Below, piece after piece: positions 41,099-50,073 of a stretch of DNA of 64,000 nucleotides. Position 1 is the stretch's first letter. The number at the start of each line of letters is the position of its first letter. Where the stretch lies: positions 181,032 through 245,031 of the forward strand of contig JBAYVT010000001.1 of the NCBI GenBank assembly GCA_041674405.1, written 5' to 3'. Both the position numbers and the translations under genes were made by a program. The notes under the pieces were generated by a model. That model ran no database searches. It saw only the letters and a list, made by a program, of their open reading frames with translations, and was not told the DNA's origin. Source of the stretch: Patescibacteria group bacterium (GTDB lineage: Bacteria > Patescibacteriota > UBA1384 > XYA2-FULL-43-10).

Positions 41099-42031
41099 AT
41101 GGCGAAAGTAATCGAAGTAAAAAATTTGTCCAAAAAGTACGGACCGCTTGTTGCGGTTGATGGAATCAATTTTAGTGTTGAAAAGGGTGAAATTTTTGGT
41201 CTTTTGGGTGAAAATGGAGCCGGTAAGACGACAACACTTGAGATGATTGAGGGGTTAAGGAAACCATCTAGCGGAGAAATCAAAGTGCTTGGCCATGATT
41301 CGCAGAGTGAAATTGCCGAGATTAAGAATAGGATTGGAGTCCAGCTCCAGTCATCAGCATATTTCAGCTTTTTAAATCTAAGAGAAATTCTTGATCTTTT
41401 TGGTGGGTTTTATCCGAAGAGAATCGCCACGGATGAGCTTCTTTCCATGGTCCGGCTCAGGGAAAAATCAAAAGACTTCGTCGGCAACCTCTCTGGCGGA
41501 CAGAAGCAAAGATTCTCGATTATTGCTAGCCTCATAAATGATCCCGATGTGGTTTTTCTTGATGAGCCAACCACCGGCCTCGACCCTCTGGCGCGCCGAA
41601 ACCTCTGGGATATTATTCTGAAAATCAAGTCGCAAGGAAAAACAATAATTCTGACCACTCATTACATGGAGGAAGCAGAAAAACTTTGCGACCGAATTGC
41701 AATCATGGAGAGAGGAAAAATTCTCGCTATTGGCACGGTCCACGAACTCATCTTGAAGGTAAATAATCCATTCAGAATTCAATTTGTCGCCGCTGGTATT
41801 CCAGCAAACATTGAAAAAAACATTCGCGGATGCTGTGGAGAATTCGTGAAATTCGATGGCAAAACTGACCATTACGAGTTGCAGCTTAAAAATCGCAAGG
41901 ATTTAAAAACTGCTCTATCAGAGATTGAAAAAATAAATTACGAAGATTTACTGGTAACGCGAGCATCACTTGAAGAATTATTTATCGAGCTTACAGGAAA
42001 AGCGATTGAGGACGAGGAGGCAAATGCTTAG
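41099..42031 (+). CDS. ABC transporter ATP-binding protein
   Basis: Walker A GENGAGKTT, signature LSGGQKQR, Walker B VVFLDEPTTGLD. Confidence 0.9.
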   Translation: MAKVIEVKNLSKKYGPLVAVDGINFSVEKGEIFGLLGENGAGKTTTLEMIEGLRKPSSGEIKVLGHDSQSEIAEIKNRIGVQLQSSAYFSFLNLREILDLFGGFYPKRIATDELLSMVRLREKSKDFVGNLSGGQKQRFSIIASLINDPDVVFLDEPTTGLDPLARRNLWDIILKIKSQGKTIILTTHYMEEAEKLCDRIAIMERGKILAIGTVHELILKVNNPFRIQFVAAGIPANIEKNIRGCCGEFVKFDGKTDHYELQLKNRKDLKTALSEIEKINYEDLLVTRASLEELFIELTGKAIEDEEANA

Positions 42032-43106
42032 ATTATTTATCGCAGACCTGAAAATGCTGGTCCGGAATCGACAGGCGCTTTTTTGGAGCTTGATGTTTCC
42101 GCTGATGTTTACAATAATTTTTGGCTTCTTTTTTGGCGGGTCAACCATCGCCGGCACAATTGGCTTGATCAACAATTCGAACACACAGATAGCGCAGGGT
42201 CTAGTTTCTGCACTCAAGGGAACCGACTTACTCAAAGTCCAGGACGAGAGCGATTTGAACACAGCCAAAGATTTGATCAAGAAAAACACAATTTCTGCGG
42301 TCGTCGTGATTCCTCAAGGTTTTGGGGATATCACCCCCGATTCACCAAGACAAGTTGATGTTATTTACGACCCCGGATCGCAACAGCTTGTGGCAATTAT
42401 TAATTCTTTTCTGAATACTTATCTTACCAATGTAAATTATTCCGTTCAGAATGCTAAACCGATTTTTTCCGTTAATGCCCAGGCAATAAATTCGGAGAGA
42501 AAGTTAAATTACTTCGATTTTGTTCTTGCTGGAATCCTCGGGATGGCAATCATGCAATCCTCCATTATCGGCGTTTCTATTGCCATCAGCACTTACAGGC
42601 AGGAAAAAATACTAAAGCGCATAACCACCACCCCGATTAAGACATGGCAATTTATCATCGCCGAAGTTTTATCGCGTTTAGTGGTAAATTTAATTCAAGT
42701 TGCCCTCGTTCTGGCGCTTGGCGTTTATGCATTTCACGGACATATTTATGGAAATATCTTCGAAATTTTCGGCATCGCTCTTTTGGGTGCCCTTCTATTT
42801 CAGATGATCGGTTTTGTGGTTGCCAGCTTTGCCAAAACCGCCGATGCGGCGCAAGGGATGGCAACCGCTATCGGAATCCCGATGATGTTTCTAGCCGGCG
42901 TATTTTTTCCGATCGATTCTTTGCCCAAGTGGCTTTACTCTGTTGTCCAATATCTGCCACTTGCACCACTTCTCAGAATCCTGCGCACTGTGGCCCTTGA
43001 AGCTGGCTCGGCTTTTCAAAACCCAGTGAATATGGCAATCGTCGGTGCCTGGATTGTCGTATGTTTGGCACTTTCGCTCTGGAGATTTCGCCTATCAGAA
43101 GAATAG
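42024..43106 (+). CDS. ABC-2 type transporter permease
   Basis: Six-TM ABC-2 topology. The start overlaps the ATPase stop (ATGCTTAG). Confidence 0.8.
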   Translation: MLRLFIADLKMLVRNRQALFWSLMFPLMFTIIFGFFFGGSTIAGTIGLINNSNTQIAQGLVSALKGTDLLKVQDESDLNTAKDLIKKNTISAVVVIPQGFGDITPDSPRQVDVIYDPGSQQLVAIINSFLNTYLTNVNYSVQNAKPIFSVNAQAINSERKLNYFDFVLAGILGMAIMQSSIIGVSIAISTYRQEKILKRITTTPIKTWQFIIAEVLSRLVVNLIQVALVLALGVYAFHGHIYGNIFEIFGIALLGALLFQMIGFVVASFAKTADAAQGMATAIGIPMMFLAGVFFPIDSLPKWLYSVVQYLPLAPLLRILRTVALEAGSAFQNPVNMAIVGAWIVVCLALSLWRFRLSEE

Positions 43107-43205
43107 TGGACAAATGGGCTATTGCCGAGCCCTACAAAATGATATGATATATATGGTGAATTGTGAAATTTGCCATTTGAAATATTTAGTGAGGAGGATA
43201 CCACA

Positions 43206-43409
43206 ATGGATCCAGAAGAGACACAAGAAGAAACAACCCCTGTTGAGGGTGGCGAAGCTGAAGGCACTGAGGCTCCAGCAGCACCAGAAGCGAATGCAGA
43301 AGGTGGAGAAGAATCAGAACTCGGTGCACCAGCCGACGAAGAAGCTCCAAAAGCTCCAGAGACGGGAGCCGAAGGCGAAAGTGAAGAAGAACCACCAGCC
43401 ACAGAGTAA
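43206..43409 (+). CDS. small highly acidic, probably disordered protein (E/A/P/G-rich, 67 aa)
   Basis: ATG is preceded by GAGGAGG. A terminator hairpin follows. Confidence 0.45.
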   Translation: MDPEETQEETTPVEGGEAEGTEAPAAPEANAEGGEESELGAPADEEAPKAPETGAEGESEEEPPATE

Positions 43410-43426
43410 TTCAATTGAACAATAAG

Positions 43427-43455
43427 AAAAATCAGGCCTTGGCCTGATTTTTCTT
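43427..43455. terminator. bidirectional terminator hairpin (AAATCAGGCC-tt-GGCCTGATTT) between convergent genes
   Basis: Stem flanked by A and T runs. Confidence 0.7.
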
Positions 43456-43469
43456 ATTGTAAATATAAT

Positions 43470-44099
43470 TTATTCTGCGCTTGTATCTGTTGATATTTTG
43501 GAAACGACCACATCAAACATGTGTGTTCCGGAGGAAACAATATACATCGAAATATCGCCTTTATCAAAATATGCACTGAACGAATCGCTTGTGTTGTAGT
43601 TCGCCGTTTTGGTATAGCCGGCATTTACAAAAGCATTTTCTATGTCTGAATATTTTGAGGCATTGACTTCATTTTTTGTAGTATAATACAGCGTTGCACT
43701 ATCCGTTGCCGATGACCAAAGCGAAAGTTTTGCTCCGCCAAACAAATTGGTAAGTATTGGCTTGATTTCCGCATTAACAGAAATCGACAAGGAATCAGAC
43801 GGAGTAACTTCTTGAACCTGTGAATAATCATTGGTATCAGTGCCAATATTTGTAGTGTCAGTGTTCACACCGGTGGTGTCTTTGATCACATCCGACACTG
43901 CATTGTGGACTCTATTTTTGACAAAACGATAAATTCCATAACTAATTCCGCCACCCACAACTACAAGGACGAGTACCACAATCAGGATAATCAATCCTAC
44001 ATTTGTTTTTTTCTTGGCTGGTGCGGCCTGTGTCGGCTGCGGCGCTGCCGTTTGCGCTGGTGCTGGCGCCTCAGGAGTATTTTTTTGATCCTCTGGCAT
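43470..44099 (-). CDS. membrane-anchored extracytoplasmic hypothetical protein (Pro/Ala-rich N-terminus, one TM helix)
   Basis: ORF with a TM helix. No motif recognised. Confidence 0.5.
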   Translation of the reverse strand: MPEDQKNTPEAPAPAQTAAPQPTQAAPAKKKTNVGLIILIVVLVLVVVGGGISYGIYRFVKNRVHNAVSDVIKDTTGVNTDTTNIGTDTNDYSQVQEVTPSDSLSISVNAEIKPILTNLFGGAKLSLWSSATDSATLYYTTKNEVNASKYSDIENAFVNAGYTKTANYNTSDSFSAYFDKGDISMYIVSSGTHMFDVVVSKISTDTSAE

Positions 44100-44327
44100 A
44101 AACCCTCCATATTCCTTTTGGAATTTAGTTCTAAATATTATTACACAGGATTATTTTACCCCCATTTTATAAAGATTCAAAGTTTTTATTAGAAATTATA
44201 ATGCAACATCTTTGTTGATCGGCTAAGATTCTGATAGCGTTAAACAAAAAATTAAATGATTTTATTTTCAGTTTTAATTTTTGATTCCGAAGGGACCCCT
44301 TTGGGGCTTTGATTTAGATGAGGTGCC

Positions 44328-44771
44328 ATGATTATTACCAGCCCCGATTTTCAAGAAGGAGAAAAAATTCCAGAAATATATACCTGTGACGGCAACGATA
44401 TTGCGCCGGATATCATTGTTGATGATGTCCCAGATGAGGCAAAAAGTTTAGCATTAATTATGGATGATCCCGATGCCCCGATGCATACTTGGACTCATTG
44501 GATTGCTTGGAACATTCCTCCCGGGACGAAAAAAATCAAAGAAGGAATGACACCCGAAGGCACAATTGAGGGAATAACTTCTGCTGGTAATGCCGGATAC
44601 CACGGCCCTTGCCCAACCGAAGGAGAGCATAGATATTTTTTTCGATTCTATGCGCTGGATACGATGCTGAAAATATCTGAAGAATCAGATCGGCACAAGG
44701 TTGAACAAGCCATGTCTGGCCATATTATCGAAACATCGGATCTGATGGGGCTGTATGAAAAAGAAGACTAA
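44328..44771 (+). CDS. YbhB/YbcL-family (PEBP/Raf-kinase-inhibitor-like) protein
   Basis: DDPDAP...HW and GYHGP...HRY PEBP signatures. Confidence 0.85.
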   Translation: MIITSPDFQEGEKIPEIYTCDGNDIAPDIIVDDVPDEAKSLALIMDDPDAPMHTWTHWIAWNIPPGTKKIKEGMTPEGTIEGITSAGNAGYHGPCPTEGEHRYFFRFYALDTMLKISEESDRHKVEQAMSGHIIETSDLMGLYEKED

Positions 44772-44776
44772 GCGTT

Positions 44777-45088
44777 TTACACAACTGCAATTACAAATAA
44801 TGCAATTAATGTAATGATTGCAACGAAGAGAACGGTATAAAGAAGAAGGCTTATGGCTTCTTTTTTCTTACCATCAAAGTAAAGCATAAGCGGTTTTCCT
44901 ACCGATAATATGCCCACGACTAGAGCCGAAAGCACAAAAACCATGAGAAATGTGGCACTTCCGATTATCGAATTCATTTTCCCGAAAATCTTTTCACCAT
45001 TATTAAGAAATAACACAACCAGAACTACATACGCTGCAATACCAATTGCGTTGATAACGCCTCTCCACATTAGGCTCAAATTTTTCAT
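44777..45088 (-). CDS. hypothetical membrane protein
   Basis: Three hydrophobic helices. Confidence 0.45.
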   Translation of the reverse strand: MKNLSLMWRGVINAIGIAAYVVLVVLFLNNGEKIFGKMNSIIGSATFLMVFVLSALVVGILSVGKPLMLYFDGKKKEAISLLLYTVLFVAIITLIALFVIAVV

Positions 45089-45153
45089 TTAATCTCCTTT
45101 TTAATAGTAATCGATATTATAGCACAGCTTGAAATTAGTGCTAAGATAATTGT

Positions 45154-45411
45154 ATGAATAATGGCGACAAAAAAACAAAAGGCAAATTTGTTTATGTTTT
45201 AATACAAGTTCTAGGTGTTTTTTTGTTAATTCTGGGAGTACTGGGAATATTACTCCCGATATTACCCGGTTGGCCATTGATTTTTTTTGGGCTCTTGATT
45301 TTGGGAGCAGATGTTGCATTTCGTGACCGCATAATCAACATATTTCCCGAAAGGTTTCGTCCTGTAATTCGCCATCATGCAGACAAAATATATGCAAAAA
45401 AACACAAATAA
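45154..45411 (+). CDS. DUF454/YbaN-family small inner-membrane protein
   Basis: LGILLPILPGWPLIFFGLLIL pattern. Confidence 0.55.
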   Translation: MNNGDKKTKGKFVYVLIQVLGVFLLILGVLGILLPILPGWPLIFFGLLILGADVAFRDRIINIFPERFRPVIRHHADKIYAKKHK

Positions 45412-46033
45412 TAAACCAACTTTTGAAATTGAAAAACATTTTCAGGAGCAAGGTTTCGAACTTGTCGCTGGGGCTGACGAAGTCGGAAGAGGAGCCCTTG
45501 CTGGTCCAATTTTTGCCGCAGCGGCAATTTTTGATATTGAAAAAAACTTTCGCGGAATCCGAAAAATTAAAGATTCGAAATTGTTGAAAGCAAAAGAAAG
45601 AGAAGAAATCCTGAAATATATACGAAAAAATGTGATCGATTCGGCAATAGGGTCAGCATCTGTCGAGGAGATTAACAAACATGGAATTGGTGCGGCAAAT
45701 ATCATGGCTTTCAAGCGCGCTCTCGATAATTTAAAAAGTGTTGATTTTGCCATCATTGACGGGCGGCAATTTCGAGGTTTCGCATATAAATATTTTTGTG
45801 TGGAGAAGGGTGATAATAAATCAATTTCGATAGCTGCAGCCTCGATAATTGCCAAAGTCGAGAGAGACAAATTGATGAGCGAATTAGACCCGAGTGATAT
45901 ATATGGTTTCAAAAATAATAAGGGCTACGGCGCCAAAAAACATCAAGAAGCCTTGAAATCTCATGGCCCAAGCGAACACCACAGAACTCAATTCATACGC
46001 GGGATTCTGAATTCTGATCCGAAATTGTTTTGA
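45392..46033 (+). CDS. rnhB: ribonuclease HII
   Basis: GADEVGRGALAGP active-site motif and RNase HII length. Confidence 0.9.
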   Translation: MQKNTNNKPTFEIEKHFQEQGFELVAGADEVGRGALAGPIFAAAAIFDIEKNFRGIRKIKDSKLLKAKEREEILKYIRKNVIDSAIGSASVEEINKHGIGAANIMAFKRALDNLKSVDFAIIDGRQFRGFAYKYFCVEKGDNKSISIAAASIIAKVERDKLMSELDPSDIYGFKNNKGYGAKKHQEALKSHGPSEHHRTQFIRGILNSDPKLF

Positions 46034-46057
46034 ATAGTACAAACTTAATTATCATTT

Positions 46058-46927
46058 TCATTTCTGTCCAGTTATCACTGTTCCTGTGCGTTCTTCGAAA
46101 AACTCATCATTTGGGTTTATTTTTAATAGTTCTTCCTTAAGCTCATCGTCAAAATTTTTGAGATTATTGCCAAAAAGTTCCGGGGCGGCGTAAGAATAGC
46201 TATGTTGTTCTTGGGCAATCTCGCTTGACGCGACCTTGATCTTTGGAAACTTTAAGTGTTCGTAGCGAACGTTTTCGAAGCCTATTTCTTCCAGGATTTT
46301 CGGATAATCTTTTGTCTTAACACTAGGAAATGAACCGCTCGATGTTCGCCTCTCTTCACCAAGATATTTTTTAATAATTTCGATTGTTTTCTGCTGCCAG
46401 ACCTCTGGTGTATTTTGCCAAATTGTTGAGACTCCGGTTATACCGACACAACCTCCGGGAGCCAGAATTGTATAGGCAAATTCAAGCATTCTTTTGTAAT
46501 CCATCCAGTGGAGCGAATTGCCAAAGGTCACTGCCTGAAATTCTCCGATTGTATCGCTTAAATCTTCTCCGTTTGCACAAAGCCAATCGATATTCTCTGC
46601 TTTCCTTTCGGTAGCCAGAATTTTGCCCTCGTCGATCATTTCCCTGCTTGGCTCAACGGCAACTACCCGATTAAAATAATGGCTTAAAGGGATAGCAAGA
46701 GTGCCCGGGCCAGCGCCGATGTCAAGCAAATCGCCCTTTTTGTCAGGCAGGTTCGCGACAATAAGATCGATAACCTCTTTGGGATATTGCGGGCGATATT
46801 TGTAATATTTTGATGAGCCCTTAAAAACATCCATTTGCGTCCTGTTCGTTATTTGCTGCATACTATCATAGCCAAAAAATCCTAAACACTGATCCAAAGT
46901 TGTTCTAATAATCGATTCAGATAACAC
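46058..46927 (-). CDS. class I SAM-dependent methyltransferase
   Basis: Motif I LLDIGAGPGTLA. Confidence 0.75.
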   Translation of the reverse strand: MLSESIIRTTLDQCLGFFGYDSMQQITNRTQMDVFKGSSKYYKYRPQYPKEVIDLIVANLPDKKGDLLDIGAGPGTLAIPLSHYFNRVVAVEPSREMIDEGKILATERKAENIDWLCANGEDLSDTIGEFQAVTFGNSLHWMDYKRMLEFAYTILAPGGCVGITGVSTIWQNTPEVWQQKTIEIIKKYLGEERRTSSGSFPSVKTKDYPKILEEIGFENVRYEHLKFPKIKVASSEIAQEQHSYSYAAPELFGNNLKNFDDELKEELLKINPNDEFFEERTGTVITGQK

Positions 46928-46938
46928 GAATGATTTCT

Positions 46939-47100
46939 CTAATACAAATCTTGAATTTTGTTCTGTAGTTCTTGAATTTTAATAGCGATTCGGTCTTTCT
47001 GAACTTTTTTAAGATCAGGTCCGTATTTAACAACGAATCGTTCTATTCTGGCCAGTGCCTCCAGAGTCTTTACTACCGTTTTTTCTAGTTTTTCTTCCAT
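46939..47100 (-). CDS. small hypothetical protein (coiled-coil)
   Basis: ATG at 47100. The longer ORF version is hydrophobic with no RBS. Confidence 0.35.
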   Translation of the reverse strand: MEEKLEKTVVKTLEALARIERFVVKYGPDLKKVQKDRIAIKIQELQNKIQDLY

Positions 47101-47243
47101 GCCCGGATTATAGCACGAAAAATGATCGAAAAAGATCCCTTCCGAATCCCATATTATTGCAAGACCAGGAAAAACAACCACCAAAAGTCGGAGAAAAAAA
47201 GATGGCGATATTATTATGATAGAAATAAGTTTATGATTAAATC

Positions 47244-47912
47244 ATGGAATCAGTAATCATAGCAGACAATTTAATAAAGATTTACCATTCAAGCACCAAC
47301 AATGTCAAAGCTTTAGATAAAGTGTCTCTTGAAATTTCGAGTGGTGAGTTTTTGATGATTACTGGCAGAAATGGCTCTGGAAAATCAACGCTTCTTCATC
47401 AATTAGCTTTATTAGATGAATATGATAGCGGCGAAATAATTATTAACAATCAAAAAACCTCCCACCTTTCGGAAAGAAAACGTATGGATTTGCGGCTCAG
47501 GGGGCTGGGCTATATCTTCCAGGAATACGCCTTGATCGGTGAACTTTCGGCACTGGAAAATGTAATGCTTCCGGCAATGATGCTGGAATCAAGCAAGGAA
47601 GCAAAGGCTAAGGCTTTCGAAATATTGGAAAAAGTTGATTTGAGAGAAAAATGCTTTCGGCTTCCATCAGAGCTTTCTGGCGGCGAACAACAAAGAGTCG
47701 CGATCGCTCGTTCGCTCATAAATAGCCCAAAGATTATTTTTGCCGACGAACCAACAGCAAATCTGGATTCGACCTCTTCAAAAAAAGTATTGGAAATTTT
47801 TAAATCTTTAAATAAGAAAGATGATATTACTATTGTAATGGTTACTCATGAACCGGAGGAGTTGGCTTATGCCAGCCGTCATATTCAATTAGCAGACGGA
47901 AGGATAGTATGA
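47244..47912 (+). CDS. ABC transporter ATP-binding protein (LolD/FtsE/MacB-type)
   Basis: GRNGSGKST, LSGGEQQRVAIAR and IFADEPTANLD. Confidence 0.9.
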   Translation: MESVIIADNLIKIYHSSTNNVKALDKVSLEISSGEFLMITGRNGSGKSTLLHQLALLDEYDSGEIIINNQKTSHLSERKRMDLRLRGLGYIFQEYALIGELSALENVMLPAMMLESSKEAKAKAFEILEKVDLREKCFRLPSELSGGEQQRVAIARSLINSPKIIFADEPTANLDSTSSKKVLEIFKSLNKKDDITIVMVTHEPEELAYASRHIQLADGRIV

Positions 47913-49111
47913 AAAGTCAAAACCGCCTGCCCTTTTATCTAACTTTAAAATATCTACAGCGAGGAAAAAAGTGGACATTATTCCTTACCGTTTTTCTGGT
48001 GGCTATTGCTTTTGTCAACTTGTTGTTCATCTCCTCTTTGTTTAACGGTATTATAAAAGGCACTAACGAACAAATTATTAACACCATGACTGGCAATATT
48101 TATATCGCTCCCAAAGAGGGGGAAGAGTTTATAAGCAATAAAACCAAAAATGTTAATACTTTACGTTCGATTGATGGGGTTATTGGTGTAAGCGCTCAAG
48201 CCCAACTGCCGGCACGGCTTGAGTATAAAAAAATTTCCGGCAATTGGCAGGTGTTAGCCATAAAGCCAGGTGATGAGGCGCAAGTCACTAATACCTCACA
48301 AAAAATGATCGCTGGCCGTTATCTTGAGGAGAATGATGAAGATGGCATTATTTTAGGCCAGCAAATTGCCGGCGGCGACGGGGTAGAACAAAATGCATTT
48401 TCCCTCAAAGGCGCAAAAGTCGGCGAAAAAGTTAAATTAATTTTCAATAATCAATCATATGAGTTTACAATTCGCGGAATTTTTAAAACAAAATTTCTTA
48501 ACGCCGATGAACAGGCTTTTATTACGCAAAAAGCTTTTGAAAAATTACTCCCGGAGATCGACGATAAAACAAGTACGATTATTATAAAAGTTGCGAATAA
48601 TCATGACGAAGATACGGTAATTTCCAGTATTAAGGATAAAAACATTGACGGCAATGTCTATACTTGGCGCGAGGTTGCTGGACTAATGAAATCAGTAAGC
48701 GAAAGTTTTTCAAGTATTAATGTTATCATGACCTTTGTTGGCATATTAATTGCCGCTGTCACCATTTTTATAGTTATATATGTGGACATTATCAACAAGC
48801 GAAAACAAATCGGCATTTTACGAGCCATTGGTATTCGGCCATACATCATTATTTTTAGTTATGTAATTTTATCGGCCGTTTATTCGGTAATAGGGGTTTT
48901 GCTCGGCACGGCCATATTTTTTGCAATCCTGACACCTTATTTTATAGCTCATCCATTTCAAATTCCAATAACGGATGTTGTTCTTGCCCTAGATAAAGTT
49001 GATTTTATTGCTCGCGCCGAAGCGGTAATGTGGGTTTCTGTATTTTCTGGTTTAATTCCGGCGGCAGTTGTTACTCGGACTAAAATGCTCGATGCGATTC
49101 TAGGGAGATAA
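47909..49111 (+). CDS. ABC transporter permease, FtsX/MacB-like
   Basis: N-terminal TM helix, a large periplasmic domain, and a C-terminal FtsX-type TM bundle. Overlaps the ATPase stop by 4 nt. Confidence 0.85.
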   Translation: MKSQNRLPFYLTLKYLQRGKKWTLFLTVFLVAIAFVNLLFISSLFNGIIKGTNEQIINTMTGNIYIAPKEGEEFISNKTKNVNTLRSIDGVIGVSAQAQLPARLEYKKISGNWQVLAIKPGDEAQVTNTSQKMIAGRYLEENDEDGIILGQQIAGGDGVEQNAFSLKGAKVGEKVKLIFNNQSYEFTIRGIFKTKFLNADEQAFITQKAFEKLLPEIDDKTSTIIIKVANNHDEDTVISSIKDKNIDGNVYTWREVAGLMKSVSESFSSINVIMTFVGILIAAVTIFIVIYVDIINKRKQIGILRAIGIRPYIIIFSYVILSAVYSVIGVLLGTAIFFAILTPYFIAHPFQIPITDVVLALDKVDFIARAEAVMWVSVFSGLIPAAVVTRTKMLDAILGR

Positions 49112-49140
49112 TGATTTCAACAATTAAAAGGGAATAATAA

Positions 49141-49167
49141 AAACACCAATTTGTTGGTGTTTTTATT
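49141..49167 (+). terminator. rho-independent terminator after the permease gene (ACACCAA-ttt-TTGGTGT followed by TTTTATT)
   Basis: Seen in the sequence. Confidence 0.7.
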
Positions 49168-49169
49168 AT

Positions 49170-49286
49170 GGTTCGGGGATAGGGATTTCGGGCATTCGCG
49201 CTGCTCACTTCTAAAAACCCTCGGTTTTTAGTGTTTTCCGCCAGCGGGAGACCAATTGTTCTCCCGACCCCTCTCTCGTCCGAACC
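49170..49286. repeat. structured non-coding element (first copy): begins GGTTCGGGGATAGGGATTTCGG and is closed by the complementary CCGAACC at its far end
   Basis: The 19-nt 5' motif is repeated at 49342. The ends are complementary. No convincing ORF. Confidence 0.3.
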
Positions 49287-49341
49287 CCATATATAACCAC
49301 CCAAAAGAAAAACGACCACCAAAAGGTGATCATTTTTCTTT

Positions 49342-49415
49342 GGTTCGGGGATAGGGATTCGGACCCCAATTCTTTGGACCAAAACCAAATGTCCTGCCAT
49401 TAGACGATCCCCGAA
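49342..49415. repeat. structured non-coding element (second copy): GGTTCGGGGATAGGGATTCGG ... closed by TCCCCGAA
   Basis: Shares the 5' motif with 49170-49191. The ends are complementary. Confidence 0.3.
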
Positions 49416-49584
49416 TATCAAATTCTAATCCAAAACCCAGCTCCCAAACTTATCGTTTGCAAGCATTAGCATACCCGAAATCACTCGCATTTTCAACTAA
49501 AACACCCCAGCGTAAGCCGAGGTGTTACCCATTACAGGTCTCCCTGAATTGGGCCATAATTTGCGTTCGCTGGGGCTGTTTTAG

Positions 49585-49915
49585 GCTTTATGAAGCATCC
49601 AATAAGCCGGGTTTTGTATAACGATAGCAATCTATCTACGCGTGGAGACCGCAGGTCACCTTCCGAGTCGGAATTGATGTCAGGCGGTCCACTCCACTTG
49701 CACCGAGCTAGGCTTGCCACAGACGCACATTGCTGTACGAACGCGTGAGCTCTTACCTCACGATTTCAACCTTACCGGTCTTGCGACTTAGGCGGTATAT
49801 TTTCTGTTGCGCTGTTCTCAGAGCTTTCACCCTGCTTGTTTTCACAAGCGCTCCACTCTGCGGTGCCCGGACTTTCCTCCCTTGCGGGTAGCTATCTAGA
49901 ATGCTTTTAAAGCAT
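49585..49915 (-). ncRNA. rnpB: RNase P RNA (bacterial type A, compact)
   Basis: On the minus strand: GGAGGAAAGTCCGGGCACC, GGTAAGGTTGAAATCGTGAGGTAAGAGCTCACG and ACAAAACCCGGCTTATTGG. The 5' end GCTTTAAAAGCATTC pairs with the 3' end GGATGCTTCATAAAGC to form P1. Confidence 0.85.
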
Positions 49916-49975
49916 TAATATTGTATCCGAAAATGACCAAAAAGTCAATGTTTAAGGGTTGGAACTCACAAAAAG

Positions 49976-49997
49976 ATTATCTTATATTAAAATATTT
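49976..49997. repeat. 22-bp direct repeat ATTATCTTATATTAAAATATTT, left copy; the right copy is at 51351-51372
   Basis: Exact 22/22 match read from the sequence. The two copies bracket the GC-rich HD-methyltransferase gene. Confidence 0.7.
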
Positions 49998-50038
49998 AAA
50001 TTATAGGATATTGATACAAAATTTTAGTTTTAACCGAA

Positions 50039-50063
50039 GGCGCCAGGCCGCAAGGCCTGGCGC
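50039..50063 (-). terminator. GC-rich hairpin GGCGCCAGGCC-gcaa-GGCCTGGCGC downstream of the HD-methyltransferase gene
   Basis: Perfect 10-11 bp GC stem just 3' of the stop on the minus strand. Confidence 0.6.
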
Positions 50064-50073
50064 TCGGTGATAC

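Noticed and set aside
40993-41283. 96-aa minus-strand ORF overlapping the ABC ATPase gene start
   Set aside because: It is antisense to a well-supported gene and its promoter, and has no RBS or motif.
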